Notes: a model not told the origin generated them from the letters alone. A stretch of DNA of 60,654 nucleotides, filler included, from Dugesia japonica (GCA_001938525.1; 6 parts of 6 records of this genome joined end to end with filler, not necessarily neighbours in it); one strand, 5' to 3'. Positions 23,406 through 38,369 are shown, numbered from the whole stretch's first letter. Numbers and translations: made by a program.

Positions 23406-25337
23406 ATTTTCAGAAACCAAAAATTAGAGCTTTTATTTTAAATGAATTCTGAAAAACGATCAATGGTTATGTCCAACAATTATTCTCGCAATAATTGCAA
23501 TTTTAAAACAATATTGAACGTTTTTGGAAAATTTAATATCATTATAAACTACGGAAATAAAATTCGAAAATAAGAAGTTAGAATAGTATGAGTTAAAATG
23601 GCGTTGCCCGAACGATAATGCATTAAAAATGGATAGAAGAGCGAAGTTGACAATTCAATAATTTGATGATAAAGCAAAGTAGTTAATGTAGTCATGAGTC
23701 GAATTTTTTCAGGCATGAAATGAGAACTTCAATTTTTAAAAGTTTTTGGTATCATTTTGTTTCAAATAAAGATTGAAGGAAAGAATTAAAATTTTAATTT
23801 AGAGAAAATTTTAGTAGGTTGGTTGTTTATGGGGTTAATTTGAAGAAGGTATGTATTATTATAAATTGGAATAGGGCTTTACAATTATAAGCAATGTTAA
23901 CTCTAATTTAATTGCTATAATAGAAGCTAGCTATTTTCGTTTTTCTTTTTCGTAGGTTTTATTTTCAGTATTGACTGGTTAAGTCTATCAAGATTTGTTG
24001 TCACTTCAAATATTGCGAACACTTTTTTAAATATGTTTCTTATGGCAATAAAATTTTCTTTTGTCATCTATGTTACCCTAATTTCAATGGTTTAGTTTCG
24101 TTCTGCAAGTAATGAAATTTTGGGATAAACTTCAAGCTTATTAAACATAATGCCCATCATATCAGTAACTAAATCTTCTACTCCAGATCTATTCAGTCTT
24201 TCCATTGATTATTTTCCAAATTGCAAATGTCCGTTTCTGAAACATGCAAAAATAATTTCTTGCGTTCTTTTTTAAAAGTTGATTTTTAATTGATTGATGT
24301 TTTCTGTATGTCTACAAAGGAGAAATGTAAATATTCGTTTGTAAATATACTTATTTTGTTTTTATTCAGCATACTGTAAAAAAGGTATAAAAAAACAAGC
24401 AATATAACCTTGAAAATACTCCGTAACGAAAAGGTTATGTTGGATATTTATACTCAACAAAACCTAATATGGTTGTTGTTAGGGTATTGATGTTAGGACA
24501 TTTATTGTTTATTTTAAAGATATTTTATTTTAAAATGATGTTGTATGTAGATACAATGAGATATATTAATATAATTAATGTAAAACTTGTATAAATAACT
24601 AATATATGAGTTAGATCTTATATAAATAAGCAATAAACACCTTGTATCAAAATCTTTTATTTTAGGACAATAACAATAAAGAATGTACAACTAATAGGCA
24701 AATATATAAATTTATATACTATTTTCAACCTCGGAACGACCTTGGGTGAAAATAAAATATCCGATGCAAACTAAAAAGTGATTAGTATTTATACTAATTA
24801 TGCATGCATTGGCTTCGTGTTAGCCATCAAATATTTACATTATTGTTTATAAAAAATTCTACACTTTTATATTGACAAAAAATTTATTTAAATTTTCTAT
24901 GAAGTTTTCATCATTATATTTTAAAGTTCATATTGATTGACATTAATATTCTAATAAAAATGAAATTGGGTTCAAATAATGTCTTTTACTGGTAATTATA
25001 ATAAGTCATTTGGTATTATTTTGTAATAATGCATTTTTGTGTTTATTTTTACTATATTTTTTGTATTTTTCATTTTTAATTATCGACACAATAATAATTT
25101 GGTAAAATTTTTAATAATGTATTTTTTTTAATTCAGTCTAACATTTATTTAAATAATTTTTATAATTTTATTCATAAATAATTTTATTTATTTCAATAAG
25201 AGAAATAATAGAAATGCATTTTTATAAATTTGTCACATTATATGTAAAATAAGATAACTTATAACAAAATAAGTAAAATATAAAATAAACATAAAAATCA
25301 ACATTTAACATAAAATATAAAATTTATTTGTAAAAAA

Positions 25338-25371
25338 GTTCAAATTTNCGACAATAGTCTTCTTCAGGAAC
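25338..25371 (-). ncRNA. Minimal hammerhead ribozyme copy (one N in the core)
   Basis: The - strand reads GTTC-CTGAAGA-AGACTATTGTC-GNAA-ATTT-GAAC. Confidence 0.6.
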
Positions 25372-27439
25372 ATGTTGGCTTCTTGAGATATTCAATGCAA
25401 TAGATCTTTGTTACTAAATTCTTTAAAATTTTATCAAAATTTTATTGGTTTATTTTTTAAAATTTAATGATTTTAATTTTTATTTTTTTTTAAATTAAAT
25501 GATTTTAATTTTTTATTTTTAAATCAACTCAAAAAATTTTCAAAAAATAAATTTTTGATTAATACAAAAAAGTCTTTTAGATATTATAGATATATTATAC
25601 TTAGCATTTTTTAATTTTGATTTTTTAGTATTTTTTTATGTTATAAATATTATTTTTTAAAAATTTCTTTATTAAAATTCATTCAAAAATGAACAAATTC
25701 TATACAATATTATAAAATTAATTTTTTTCCGAACTAAAAACTTAAAAAATTAAAAAATTTTTTTCAAATTTCTTTAAAATTAGTATTAGGATTACTAATT
25801 AATATATTTAATTAATATTATTAATATTATACTTAATTAAGATTTTTTCGTTTTTTTTAATTTTTTANNNNNNNNNNNNNNNNNNNNNNNNNNNNNNNNN
25901 NNNNNNNNNNNTTAATTAATTAANNNNNNNNNNNNNNNNNNNNNNNNNNNNNNNNNNNNNNNNNNNNAATGAAAACAAAATAATAATGAAAATAATAAAA
26001 TAAATAAATAAAAAGTATGATAAAATTTGAATAAAAACGTATGACGTCATCCCTGGTTAATTCAGTCAAATTATCAAATCAGAAATCGCGATAATGAAAA
26101 TTCTTACTTATTTTATATTTTAAAAGACCAAATAAATCAAATGGAAAATAAATAAATTTTAAATTTCGTAAATTAAATCATTTAAATTACTATTATTGTT
26201 TTACACGCTTATCATTGTAATTAAAATTTTTAAAACAATTAAAAGAAATATCATCATTATTAGTTTTTGTTTTAAATGTCGATCGAAAATAAAACTTGCG
26301 GAAAATTTTAACTTTTCAAATTTCAATATTGATTTGAGAAAAATATAATACAACGAAAAAAAAAATTCATAATTTAATAATTTATTTATTCTGAATTTAT
26401 TTTTATTTATGAATTAGAATCAGAAATTCAAATCAAAGATTTTCATGAAAATAGAATATTTAATTTGTCTAATCAAGTTTACATAAAAGAAAATTAGTTT
26501 TTTTTTTGGAAATTTCAATTTTTATCATAGGAAATTTTTCCAAAAAATTTTATAGATTTATTTTAAATATTTACAGAGTTTAAAAAGAAAATTTGTTTAT
26601 TAAATAATCTTTTTAAAACTTTTTTTATTACCTTCATTATTTAACAATGCACTATCGATTAAGAAATAGTTTGAGTAATGAAAAAATTCAATTTATTTGT
26701 CCAGTTCAAATAAAGAACACTTTTCAGAATGAAATACAGAAATAAGAAATGGTTTGAAGAAATTTTTAACTTTAATAACTTTTAACATATTTGTGAAAGT
26801 AATAATGCATACTAATTTAATAATAAGGAATTTTTAAAACATATATTATACGGTAGAAATTTGAAATTTATAAGAAACATTACTTGTTACGAACAATGAA
26901 CACGATTTTATGAAAAAATGTATACATATTCAAAGAAATTAGAATTTATTAAGAAACATACTGTTTTAATAATACATTTTTATTACATTTTTTAAATGCT
27001 TGATTACATAAATTAGGAAGTAAAACTGTATTGTAATTTCATTGGATAATACAAATTCTTACATAATTGTTTCTTAAATCTCTTTAGCGAAAAATTTCTA
27101 TTTTGTCAATTCTAGTGTTTCTTATAGACAGGTTTGACTGTAAATGATGTGTACGGTTTTTAGACAGTAACAGCAAGTACTTCAAAATTGCTATAAAAGT
27201 CATATATCTATTAGTATTTGTTTTTCTTAACAAATCACATTCTGTTTTACACATTTAATTACATTATTGATTTTCAATAATAACATATACGCTCAATCAA
27301 ATGAAATATAAATCAAAATATCAGAGTAACAGAATTAAAANNNNNNNNNNNNNNNNNNNNNNNNNNNNNNNNNNNNNNNNNNNNNNNNNNNNNNNNNNNN
27401 NNNNNNNNNNNNNNCTTTATACTGAAAAAAGAGATTACC

Positions 27440-28110
27440 AAACTAACCTCAATGGTCATATTTGACCCATTAAAATATTTTAAGTAAAACAGTTTTCAAC
27501 GAAATGTGTACGGCAAAAAAACAGAGACATTTGATAGTAAACGTCAATGATAGTAAAAGAATCGTCTCGAAACTTGCCTTCGTTTTTACTTATATAACAT
27601 AAAGGCATGCTATTTCTTTGATATATCGTGACTTGTGATGAAAAATAGATTCGTTTTGATAATCATAAGCATTCATCTCAATAGTTGAATAAAAGTGAAA
27701 CTCCAAAACAGAGTACAAATCCGAATATTCACCAAAAAACTAATAGTATTTGTTTAATACTATTATCCAGTACAGCTTCTAAAAATCTTGTCAATGCATT
27801 AAAGCGGATGTCTACTGCAACCAATTAGACAATATAATGAGATTTCTTTCGGTTAAGCAGCCAAGATTAGTTAAAAGAAACAGGTAACATGTTGCCCAAG
27901 TAACACTTAAATAGCAGGGGTTAGAATTGGAAACTACATAGTACTATCATTGCTTCTAGGAACTAGATAACTTCTTGGTGGAAAAACTTTTCAGATCTGA
28001 AGAGACTACAGAAAACACCTTTAGTGATTTTATTGCCACTTTATTGCCAGACATTTCCGCTGCTGTATTAACTAAGTTGATGTTAAGATAACAGAACTGT
28101 GTCGATTGAT
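27440..28110 (+). mobile_element. Possible piggyBac relic
   Basis: Terminal-like GGTCATATTTGACCC palindrome and VTCDEK*IRF (compare TVDEQLIPF). Confidence 0.35.
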
Positions 28111-28297
28111 TTGGTGCATATTTCGAATAAATTTATAGTTTTTTGCTTGTTATATAATAATCCATACTTTTGATTAAAAGTTCAAATTTTCTTACTTAAT
28201 GACCATATATTTACTTTTTACAATTTATCATTGTAGTACAAAACGCTGAAAATTTAAATATTTTAAAAATAAATGATTAACAAACGATTATTGTATT

Positions 28298-28700
28298 CGT
28301 TAGCTTAATGTATCTATTTGCTTACTGTGTTAGTTGTCTTACTATGTCTAGTAGCTTATCGCAACTATTGGCTTATTATGTTCATAAGCTTACAGTGTCC
28401 ATTGCTTCATTTTTGACAATAGCGTTCTTCATTCTTTGATTTATCTATTAGCCTGCTGTATCCATAAGCTTACTATGACCATTAGCTTATTATATTTATT
28501 GGCTTACTGTGACAATAAGATTACTATTTTCATTAGCTTTCTTTACCCATTGACTCACTGTTTCCAATTTCTTACTGAAACTATCAGCTAACTCTATTTA
28601 TTGGGTTACTGTAATCATTTGGTGACTATGTTAATAAGCTTACAGTTCTCACTTACTAATGTTTTCCAATAGCTTACTATGACCATTGCCTACTGAACTG
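28298..28700. repeat. Degenerate minisatellite of about 18-20 bp (core TAGCTTACTRTG)
   Basis: Roughly twenty diverged units, ending just before the MULE TSD. Confidence 0.8.
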
Positions 28701-28722
28701 TATGAAATAAATACAGAAAAAT

Positions 28723-29979
28723 GGTTTACTATAACAAGGTTACCTTCAAAAGGGCAACATTATTAATGTTGTCAACTTGAAACAAACGATTCGACGCGTT
28801 TTTCATCATGTGCAGGCACCACTGCCAAATCCAACCAATTTACATGAACTTACATTGCCTGCTGAATATACATCAACGTTGAAAAGAGATAGTTTTTTGC
28901 TGCACGATAGTGGTCCTGGTTTCTTGGATTCTTGACTTTTTCTACTACTCGCAATCTGGAACTTTTGTCTAGATGTCCAAACTTGTATGCGGACGGAACT
29001 TTTAAAACAGCACCTCCTTTATTCCACCAAATCTACATTATTCATGTATTGAAACAGCGTATTATAATTCCTGTTGTTTTTGTGCTGATGAGTGATCGTA
29101 GCACAATAGTTATGTTCGTGTTCTAAGAGAAATCAAAAATCTTCGTGCTGATTTAAATTCAGAGACATTGATAACAGACTTTGAGCATGCTGCACTTCTT
29201 GCATTTAAAAGAGTTTTTCTAAATGTTGTGCAACATGGTTGCTTATTCCATTTAAGTCAATGTATGTGGCGTCGTTTACAGCAGATACCAGATCTCCAAG
29301 CCAGATACACATCAGATGTGCAATTTGTACTTGAAATACGTCAGTTGGTTGTACTCGCATTTGTTCCTGTTGATAACGTTGTAAATGCATTTGAAACACT
29401 CTTGGATTGTGAGTTTTACACTGATAACGAAGTTTCTATTCGTGAACTGATTAATTATTTCGAAGACACCTGGATTTTTTAGACCAAATTGACGAGGAAA
29501 CCACACTGATGCCGTTTACCCACTAACGTTATGGAACATGCACAATGCAGCGCAACAGAATCTGCCAAAAAAACCAACAATACTGTGGAAAGATGGCACA
29601 GAGGATTTGCACAAATTATCGAATCTTACCACCTTACTATATAGAAATTTATAGATGAATTTAAAAAGGAGCAAAGCCTCAATGAATTGAAGCTTGAACA
29701 ATATGGGGTTAGTCAAGAACCTCCTGCTGGAAGGAAAAAATACAAGGATTCAATAAATCGCATAAAAACAGTTGTTGCTGATTATAACAATCGACCAATT
29801 CTTGAATACTTGCGTGGGATTGTCGATAATTTGAATCTACACGCAAAAAGCCTATGTTAGCAGTATTTGGCGTATAATAATAAAATACATTCTATAAAAT
29901 ACTATACTTTATTTTATGTTTATTGGAATGAGCTCTTTTTAATGTCGCCCTTTTGAAGGCGCTATTATTATAGGATACC
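28723..29979 (+). mobile_element. Mutator-like (MULE) element, internally deleted, with a disrupted transposase
   Basis: TIRs of about 39 bp (shared CCTTCAAAAGGGC); perfect 9-bp TSD CAGAAAAAT; YADGTFK, ITDFEHA, GCLFHLSQ, YFEDTWI, TNNTVERWH. Confidence 0.96.
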
Positions 29980-31491
29980 CAGAAAAATATCTCTAATGAA
30001 CCGAATAACTGAAATTAAAAAAACTCTAGGTAAATTGCATAAAATTGAGTACTCTTAAAGTCCTGCTTACACTAGTTCTGTGTACATATTATACATAATG
30101 AAATTCAAAATTACATTTACAGTAATAAGATTAATGAAAATTAATTTTTTAAAAATTTTTAAAATTATTATTTAAATTTTAAAATTTTTAATTAACTTCA
30201 ATTAAAAATTAAAATTTAAATACTTCAAGAAAANNNNNNNNNNNNNNNNNNNNNNNNNNNNNNNNNNNNNNNNNNNNNNNNNNNNNNNNNNNNNTAAAAC
30301 AAAAAATATTTCCAGCTAGTACTGATTTTAATTTCTCCATTTAAATATGTAGAAAAAAACATTCCGATATTATCAAGTGAAATTCAACGTTTTAGTTAAA
30401 ATTTTGTCTTGGTATTTCAATTCTAAAGATGCAAGCTGTGTTTATCAAATTAATTTTGTCAAAACTTCCACTAATTGGCATTATAAATATTTTGATTTCA
30501 AGAATTATATTCTAAATATTCTTATATATTTATATTTCTAAATATTTATATTTTATAAAATTAGTCAATTTTTTGAAAAAAAATTTGTGTTTAGAAATAA
30601 TTTTTATTTTTAAAAATTTTTCTCTACTTATTAATATTAATTACAATAAATTCGCAAACCAATCATTTATTTTATTGATTTTTCATCTAGTCCTATTGGA
30701 TATTTATATTTAATAAAATAATTATTAAAATTAGTAATAAAATATTTATAAAAAAAATTTTTTAATTTAAATAATTTTAATTTAATTTAAAAAACTTTAA
30801 ATTTTAAACTAAAAATTTAGAAATTAAGAATATACAAATATTTTTTGATTAATTTGGTTTGTTAAAAAATATTTTAATATCAAAATTGTCGTTAGCTACA
30901 TAAATAAATGTAATTAAATATTTTCAAATTAAATTTTAATATAGAAAATATTTTAAGGCATGAATTACTTGTTTGAATATTATAAATAAATCCTCTTTTA
31001 CAACTTGTGTGAAATTCTATCCAAACTTGTTGGTATAAATAATTTTTATTGATGGAAAATTTTGAAAATATTAATTTAACAAATATTGATTACCTATAAA
31101 AATTTATAAAATCCATATGAATAATTTTCAATCAATTAAAAATCTTAGATCAAATAAATACAGTAAATCAAATGTAAACCTATAAATAATTTTTAGAAAA
31201 AACTAGAAAAAATTAAATATTATAAGACAAAATAATCTGTATCTTTAAATGATGAGAAATATGATTACAAAATAAAACATTATGAATTATGAGGCATACA
31301 TTTAAATACAACTATTTATATATTTTATAGAAAACATAAAAGTGTAAAATAATAAATCAACAAATAGACTTACTACGAAATCCTTATGCAGAAATAGCGC
31401 TAAGATTTTACTTTATTTAGAGTTTTGTTAAAGGTTCNNNNNNNNNNNNNNNNNNNNNNNNNNNNNNNNNNNNNNNNNNNNNNNNNNNNNN

Positions 31492-31880
31492 NTTTAGATG
31501 TATTTTCCTCGTTGTTTAGTTGATTTGTATGAAAAATTGGTTTCATCTCTTTAAATTATTTTGTGGGTAATGTAATGGCGATTAAAACTTAGTATGGTAA
31601 TTGAATCCATAGAAAATTATGTTTGAAGGGAACATAATATAACTGTTTCTAGAAATTTACTAGTGTTTTAAATATTATTCTTAGGTTGGGCATTAGTTTT
31701 GGTTTGTGTATTATAATTTGCATGATTTGGCTACATTTCTCATTAATTCCATTACTGTAATGGTTTGATTTTGTTAAATTCTCTATTAGAAAATAGATAT
31801 TTTTGTTACATCAGAAATATCTACGTATTGAAATGAAATATTTTATAATCTACAATTATTTATGGTAATTAATTAATAAT
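31492..31880 (-). mobile_element. Penelope-like element fragment
   Basis: INEKCSQIMQII matches INEKFSQIMQNI in the Penelope copy at 52440. Confidence 0.65.
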
Positions 31881-33148
31881 ATTTGTTTTTCATTTAAAAT
31901 TTTCATTTATAAACTCAGAATGGTGGTCAGGTATTTTCATCACACTCTGACGTGGAAATGAATTTCTAATCCAATGAGTAACTCTTTTGGTCACAATGTT
32001 TAGCACTTCATTAGAGTAGACTTCATGCATCGGATTACTTGAATGATAAATATTGGAACTATTAGGTTCTGAGCATACATACTCATTCATTTAAAAGTCT
32101 GATGTAGCTAGAAANNNNNNNNNNNNNNNNNNNNNNNNNNNNNNNNNNNNNNNNNNNNNNNNNNNNNNNNNNNNNNNNNNNNNNNNNNNNNNNNNNNNNN
32201 NNNNNNNNNNNNNNNNNNNNNNNNNNNNNNNNNNNNNNNNNNNNNNNNNNGATCAATAGTTAAGTCCAACAATAATTCTTGTAATTGTAAAAAAAGCTGC
32301 AAATCTATATATAATAAAAAAACCAATTAAAAAAAATTATAAAATATACAAATTTAAATCTAAAATTTTTTTTAATTAAATTAGTCTATACATTAATGCT
32401 TGGATTATGAAATCTAAATATTAACGCTTCATACTACTTTTTCATCCCAATAATTTTTATATCTTTTAAATAAACTTTTAAAATTTGAAATGATAACATT
32501 CGATTTACATTTATTTGTATGCTCAACAATATTTCTATCTCTACCAATACGATAATGCTCATGAACCCTTGTACAGAGATGACAGTGTATGTAACATCAA
32601 ACACATTACGTTTAAATTGATAAACAAGTTTAGAACACAAATCAATCAGTTTATGGAATTTATTTGNAAAGCTATATAAATATAAATAATTTTAAAATGT
32701 TATCTAATTTAAAATTCGAAATATTTTTTCAATTAAAAGAATTTATTAAGTTTATCGGAATGAAAAAGCAAAATTTCTATTTCAACCAATATGTAATCAT
32801 GTGTAAATATTAAAAGAAAAAACAACAATCGGTAAATATTCATGTGATAACATCACGCTTAAATTATAAAGTCAAACATGAAAAATAATTTTTCTTTCTT
32901 ATCTGAAACTTAATTTTATATTTCACTGATTGAAGGTCAGTTGTCAAATTATTGATAATTTTTTTTTAATGAATCATTATTAATATTTCCAATTATTTTT
33001 ATTAAAAAAAAATTTAGCTCTTTGATTGGTGAAAATTTTAATCCAATAAAATGTTGGTATTTATTCTGATTTTTTTCCAAATCCAAATCTAAAAATCAAT
33101 GTCTGTTTTTATCATTCTATGAAACTTGATCAGTAAAACTGCCACATT

Positions 33149-33838
33149 ATGTGGCCTGACACCTATTATCAGATGTTGATTTTGTTTGGGAAATTTCTTT
33201 TAATATGTGGAGAATCAAAGATTTTATTCGATATTGACAGCTGCAAGTTTGTTGTTTCTCCTCAAATAGTACCTTCTCTTCAAGAAGGAAATAATACAAA
33301 ACTCACAATCAATTGCTCATGCTTTACCGGCAATCCACATTTATTCAGGAAAAACTTTACTCCACCGAAGGGTGTTATTTCCATATCGATATATACTTAT
33401 AATAAACATGTTATTCTGCCAAGTTTGAAAGGTTATCGTTCACATCATCCGGAAAATATGATTTCTTGCCAAATGACCCAATGGTGCTCAACGCTTAATT
33501 TTGATTATCATGATCAAACGTTTTTTTTTCTTCATGCTAACCAAGTTGGTGTAGCGAAAATTCTAATTGAAGTCGAACAAAGAAAAAATTCTCAAATTAT
33601 CGTTCAAACTGTTGAAACCGATTCTACTTTAAATATTTTAAAACGGCATTACGTTGTTAAAGTTATTAGAAATTATAAACTATTTCATTCTGTGTTCGAT
33701 TATAGTGCTACTTTCATTGCGTCTTTGACAGTTTTTTCTGTCGGATGCTGTACGGATATCAGTTATATAAAATCCAATATTGTCAATCCGAAAGCTGTGA
33801 TAATATCTTTAATTTGTCAGCATTTATTAATGCCTTTA
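33149..33838 (+). CDS. First coding exon (230 aa) of an SLC10-family sodium/bile-acid cotransporter-like gene; the rest is beyond the contig end
   Basis: Hydrophobic leader, long luminal region, then FSVGCCTD...PKAVIISLICQHLLMPL followed by a GTAAGT donor at 33839. Confidence 0.82.
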
Positions 33839-34618
33839 GTAAGTTTCTATTATCACGTTCTTTCCTTTTTACTAAAAAAATCTTATTTAAAATTTNNNNN
33901 NNNNNNNNNNNNNNNNNNNNNNNNNNNNNNNNNNNTATCGCGAAAATATTTGTCGTAGAGCTTAAAGTAAAAAAAGGAATATAATATTTCCTGGTTTTCT
34001 CTTTTACAAATCCACTAATACTGTATAATTGAAAATTTTCTTAAGTAATTTCTTTGATGAATTTCATTAAAACAAAAAAAAACCCAGATAGAATTGGTAT
34101 ATTTTTTATTGCAAGTTGTAATAATTTATTAATGAACAGCTGACAAATAAATATAATTTATTTAAATCNAAAAAAAATTTCTGAAAAATAAAATAACATT
34201 TAATCAAATAGTATTGCGTAATAAATTCAGCTCGATACACACACTTGATTACAATGAAAATATTTGTCGTAAAAGGTTTCATGTTCAAATAAAAAAATTA
34301 AAATTACATTAAAAAGATTATATTAAAATATAAAAAAATCTAAACATTTTTTAATTTCTCGAAATAATTAAATAATTCAAAACTAAAATGAATGAAAATA
34401 AGTATTTTGTTTATTAAGAATTATCAATAATTAATTATATTTGTCATTATTTCAGACAAAAATTCGATTTCACTCTTAGAAAATTAAGAGTTTCTAAATA
34501 TTTTAAAAACTTTATAATAAGAACATTATACTATAAGGATAAAATTTAGTTTTTTTAATTTACATTTAAAAAAATATATTAAGAGAACTTCAACTGAAAC
34601 GACAAAGAATTTACTCGG

Positions 34619-34688
<70 letters not shown>
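34619..34688. repeat. (TAT)n microsatellite; others at 51351-51416 and 55107-55172
   Basis: Trinucleotide runs abutting gaps. Confidence 0.97.
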
Positions 34689-37600
34689 NNNNNNNNNNNN
34701 NNNNNNNNNNNNNNNNNNNNNNNNNNNNNNNNTTAATTAATTAANNNNNNNNNNNNNNNNNNNNNNNNNNNNNNNNNNNNNNNNNNNNGTTTTAGTAATT
34801 GCTTTAAACATTCTAAGTAACAACAAAATTCATTGGCATTTATTAACTTTCAATAATACATACTACTCCTAACAATCTTTAATAATATTAACTTATCAAA
34901 TGTAATTTAAGAAGGAAGATATAAAATTACTTTTGACCAATTGACGATCCTTCGTTTTTGCGGATGAGGTTGGATTCTCTGTCACTACTAACAATAATTT
35001 TCACCTTCAATCAATCATTCTTATTATCTCTTAATAAACTTTGTTCAACTTTATTATCATGCGCAAATTCGTGTATTTTATTGCGAGACATCCATTCTCC
35101 TCCGAATAACTACTGATCCATTAGCCAGCTTCGCTATCAATTTCCTTAAAAAATAATAAATTTCTGAAACTTGTAAGTGTTTTAGAAATAGTGATAACTC
35201 CACCATCACATGCAAATATAAACACATCGATCCTAAATTCTTACATGAAATCATCAGACCTTCATCTAGATATAAATTTCCTGTCATAATTCCTTCTTGT
35301 TATTATGTAATTATTTTTTTAAAAGAAATTGTATGTATATACGTGTGTATATACATACATACATACATAATTTGAATAAGAATAAAAATATTGAGATTAA
35401 GAAAAACTGCGAAAACGAAAAATTACAGAACTATTTATTTCCTAATTGAAGTCANNNNNNNNNNNNNNNNNNNNNNNNNTTTATTAGTTAATAAAGTTTG
35501 TTAATTATTAATATTCTTACTGAAGATATCACAAATTAAACATTTAATAATAAAATCCAACATAGCATACACCCCGGTTGTCCCGACATGAGACATCCTG
35601 GCTCAACAAATTTTCCTTAAACAAATAAAATTCATTAAAATAATTGTAAACCGAAATAATTAAAATTTAAAGAAAATATACAATAATTCTATAATAGTGA
35701 GCTATCAAAATTCAAAAATATTCGTATAGGTAAATTATCGGATGCATCAATTGAAACAATGAAGAAAATTATTGAAGCTAGTAGTCAATTTCAGAGATTA
35801 TTTTATTTATAATACAGATTTAAAGTTGTTTTTTTTTAAAATTAATTAAACAAATACAGTTCATTTAAAATATTTAGTATAAAAAAAATTAGTATAATTT
35901 TCCGAATTAGAATTTCATTTTATATTAATCGCCATTTATCGAATATTTTTATTTTTATCCTTCATCCATTCTATTAGTTTATCTTATAGTTCTCCGAAGT
36001 CTTTGTTGCGACAACCATCTGTCAATCGTCTTTCGACTCGAATTGAAATTTCTGGATTCGACAATGTTTTAAAAATTTCAATTTGATCTTTGCCCCAGCC
36101 ACAGATGGTTGATGTTGTTAAGATATATTTTACAGCTAAAGCAGCAAAACAATGTCCAGAAATGTTCGCTTTAGATTCTTTTATTACATGCATTTTAAAA
36201 TTTTAATAATATGACCTTCTATTACCGTTCATCTTTGAATTTGGGGCTTAAACAAAAATAAATAATAAAATATTTGAATTTTAAACATAACCAATAATTT
36301 TGGAAATCACTTAATTGATAATTATGTTCTCATTATTTATTATTATTCTTTGGATTACAATTATATAATTAATTTTTTAAAACTCGAAAACGTGCTTATT
36401 TTATGTTTAAGACATAATATATTTAAATACTGATTTATAGACTTTCACACTTTCCCCTAAACCAGCGGAACTTTATAAAACTCTAGACAAAATTTTCTTT
36501 AGAAAACTACTTTTGACAAGTTAATTTTAAAATCAAAAAAAGATATGGATCTAAATTTATTTATTGGATATTTTTAACTTTATGTGTGTAAAATGTGTTT
36601 ACTTTATTCAAATATAAGTATGTTCTATCTTGAACTCTTATTTTTTAACAATTTATCTGGTAATTAGGTATTTAAACGAAAATAAAACCCAAGAAAAGTA
36701 AAGAGCAAGCATGGTTACTAATGAGCAAGCAAAGAAGCAGAAGATTAATCAGTTGATTAAAAGTATACTAAATGATTATATTATTTTAAATAAGAAGCAT
36801 GACATATCAACTCTCACTCACCATCACACAGTATTAATGTATCATTTTATCTTTAAAAGTTACTCATTAAAGAATAAGACGCAATAGAAATTAGAGAAAA
36901 ATGTAGATAAATGATGATGAATGATATATGTTTTATTGAAAAGGAAACATATAATTAAAACAGTCTAAGTGACACATGATTTATTAAGTAACAAATACAG
37001 ACATATAATTTATTACGTAATCAGTAACACGACATCTGATATATTAAGTTATAATTAATTTTTAGTGGGTATGTTAAGTAATAAATAATTCACTGAAGAA
37101 AAAGAAGAAGAGCAAGATTAAACCAATATGTTTGACAGAATATCAATAAAGATTAGGAGAGAAGAACATTAAAATTACTATTTTATTTCTAAAGATTAGC
37201 ATTATATTTTGTTTCTAGTTTTCTCTATCTCTTTACTGGATTTATCTTGATTTCCTTCCGAGATGTATTAGAAATTTATAAAGAATTTCCAAGATATGTC
37301 CGAAATTTACACAGAATTTCAGAGAAATGTTGGAAAATTCTCAAAACCTATGTAAAACACTGGGAAAATAATTCAATTATTTCCGATATATGTTGAAACT
37401 TTATGAAGTATTTCAGGAAGTGTCGAAAAATTATCCAAAATTTCCGAGTAGTCATGGAAATCTATCCAAAATGTCCAAGAATTGTGTGAAAATTATTCAA
37501 AATTTCAGAGAAGTCGTGGAAGTTTATCTAAAATTTCACAGAAGTCATGTAAATTTATCCATTCATTCTAATACGTTGATAAAATATTCCATACTCTATT

Positions 37601-38369
37601 TACCTATAACCAAAGATTTTTATTGTAATCATACTTTTATCTTCCTTTAGATTAATAAAAGTTGTTACACATATTTGTTTTATGGATACAAGTCATCAAT
37701 TCTTGAAAATAGAGTACTTAAAACCTAAATGTTATTCAGTCATATTTCAAAATAAGTCTACTATAGATTTTGAAAATTTCAGTTTAAATTAATTATTATA
37801 TTAAAATTTTAAATATATTTTGTTTAAATTCATTGTTTGTTGTAAATGTAATCTTTTTATATTTTAAAAATTTGTTATTCGTATATACAAGTCACATCCT
37901 TTAGAAATTGTTTATTATAATAAAGAAAAATGTGACAACACTTGTATACCTTCTATCTAAACCAATCATTAAACCAGCTACATTCATTATCATAATACAA
38001 TCAATAAGCCTAGTAAATTCAATGAACCTGATACATTTATTAAACTTATACATTTACGTATTTGACTTATATATTGTATTCAATGCTTTTATGTATCTTA
38101 ATCTCTTAATCTAATCGTTCAAGTTAATCAACACAACCAGTTAATTTTATTGACTATGCTTAAATTGTTTCATTAGACATAAATCTATAAGCAATAGTCA
38201 TTATTTTAATTAAAATAAACACTAAGCGGAGACTAATGTTTACTGAGGGTTAACATTATTCTATAGTCTACCATCATAATCCATTTTATCTTACAACTAA
38301 TGATAAACTTATTCAATTTACATCATTATTTATTAAGTTCTAGAAAAATTTTGTCAAGAAAAATACACT

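Noticed and set aside
28298-28700. CRISPR-like array
   Set aside because: The units are degenerate and contiguous with no unique spacers, the context is eukaryotic, and there are no cas genes. The same applies to 38370-38940 and 43325-43625.
35078-36193. Possible host exons (ORFs 35078..35287 and 35984..36193)
   Set aside because: The composition is coding-like, but I could not recognise a family or a consistent splice structure.
37390-37650. 86-aa ORF with periodic residues
   Set aside because: It is the translation of a degenerate minisatellite.
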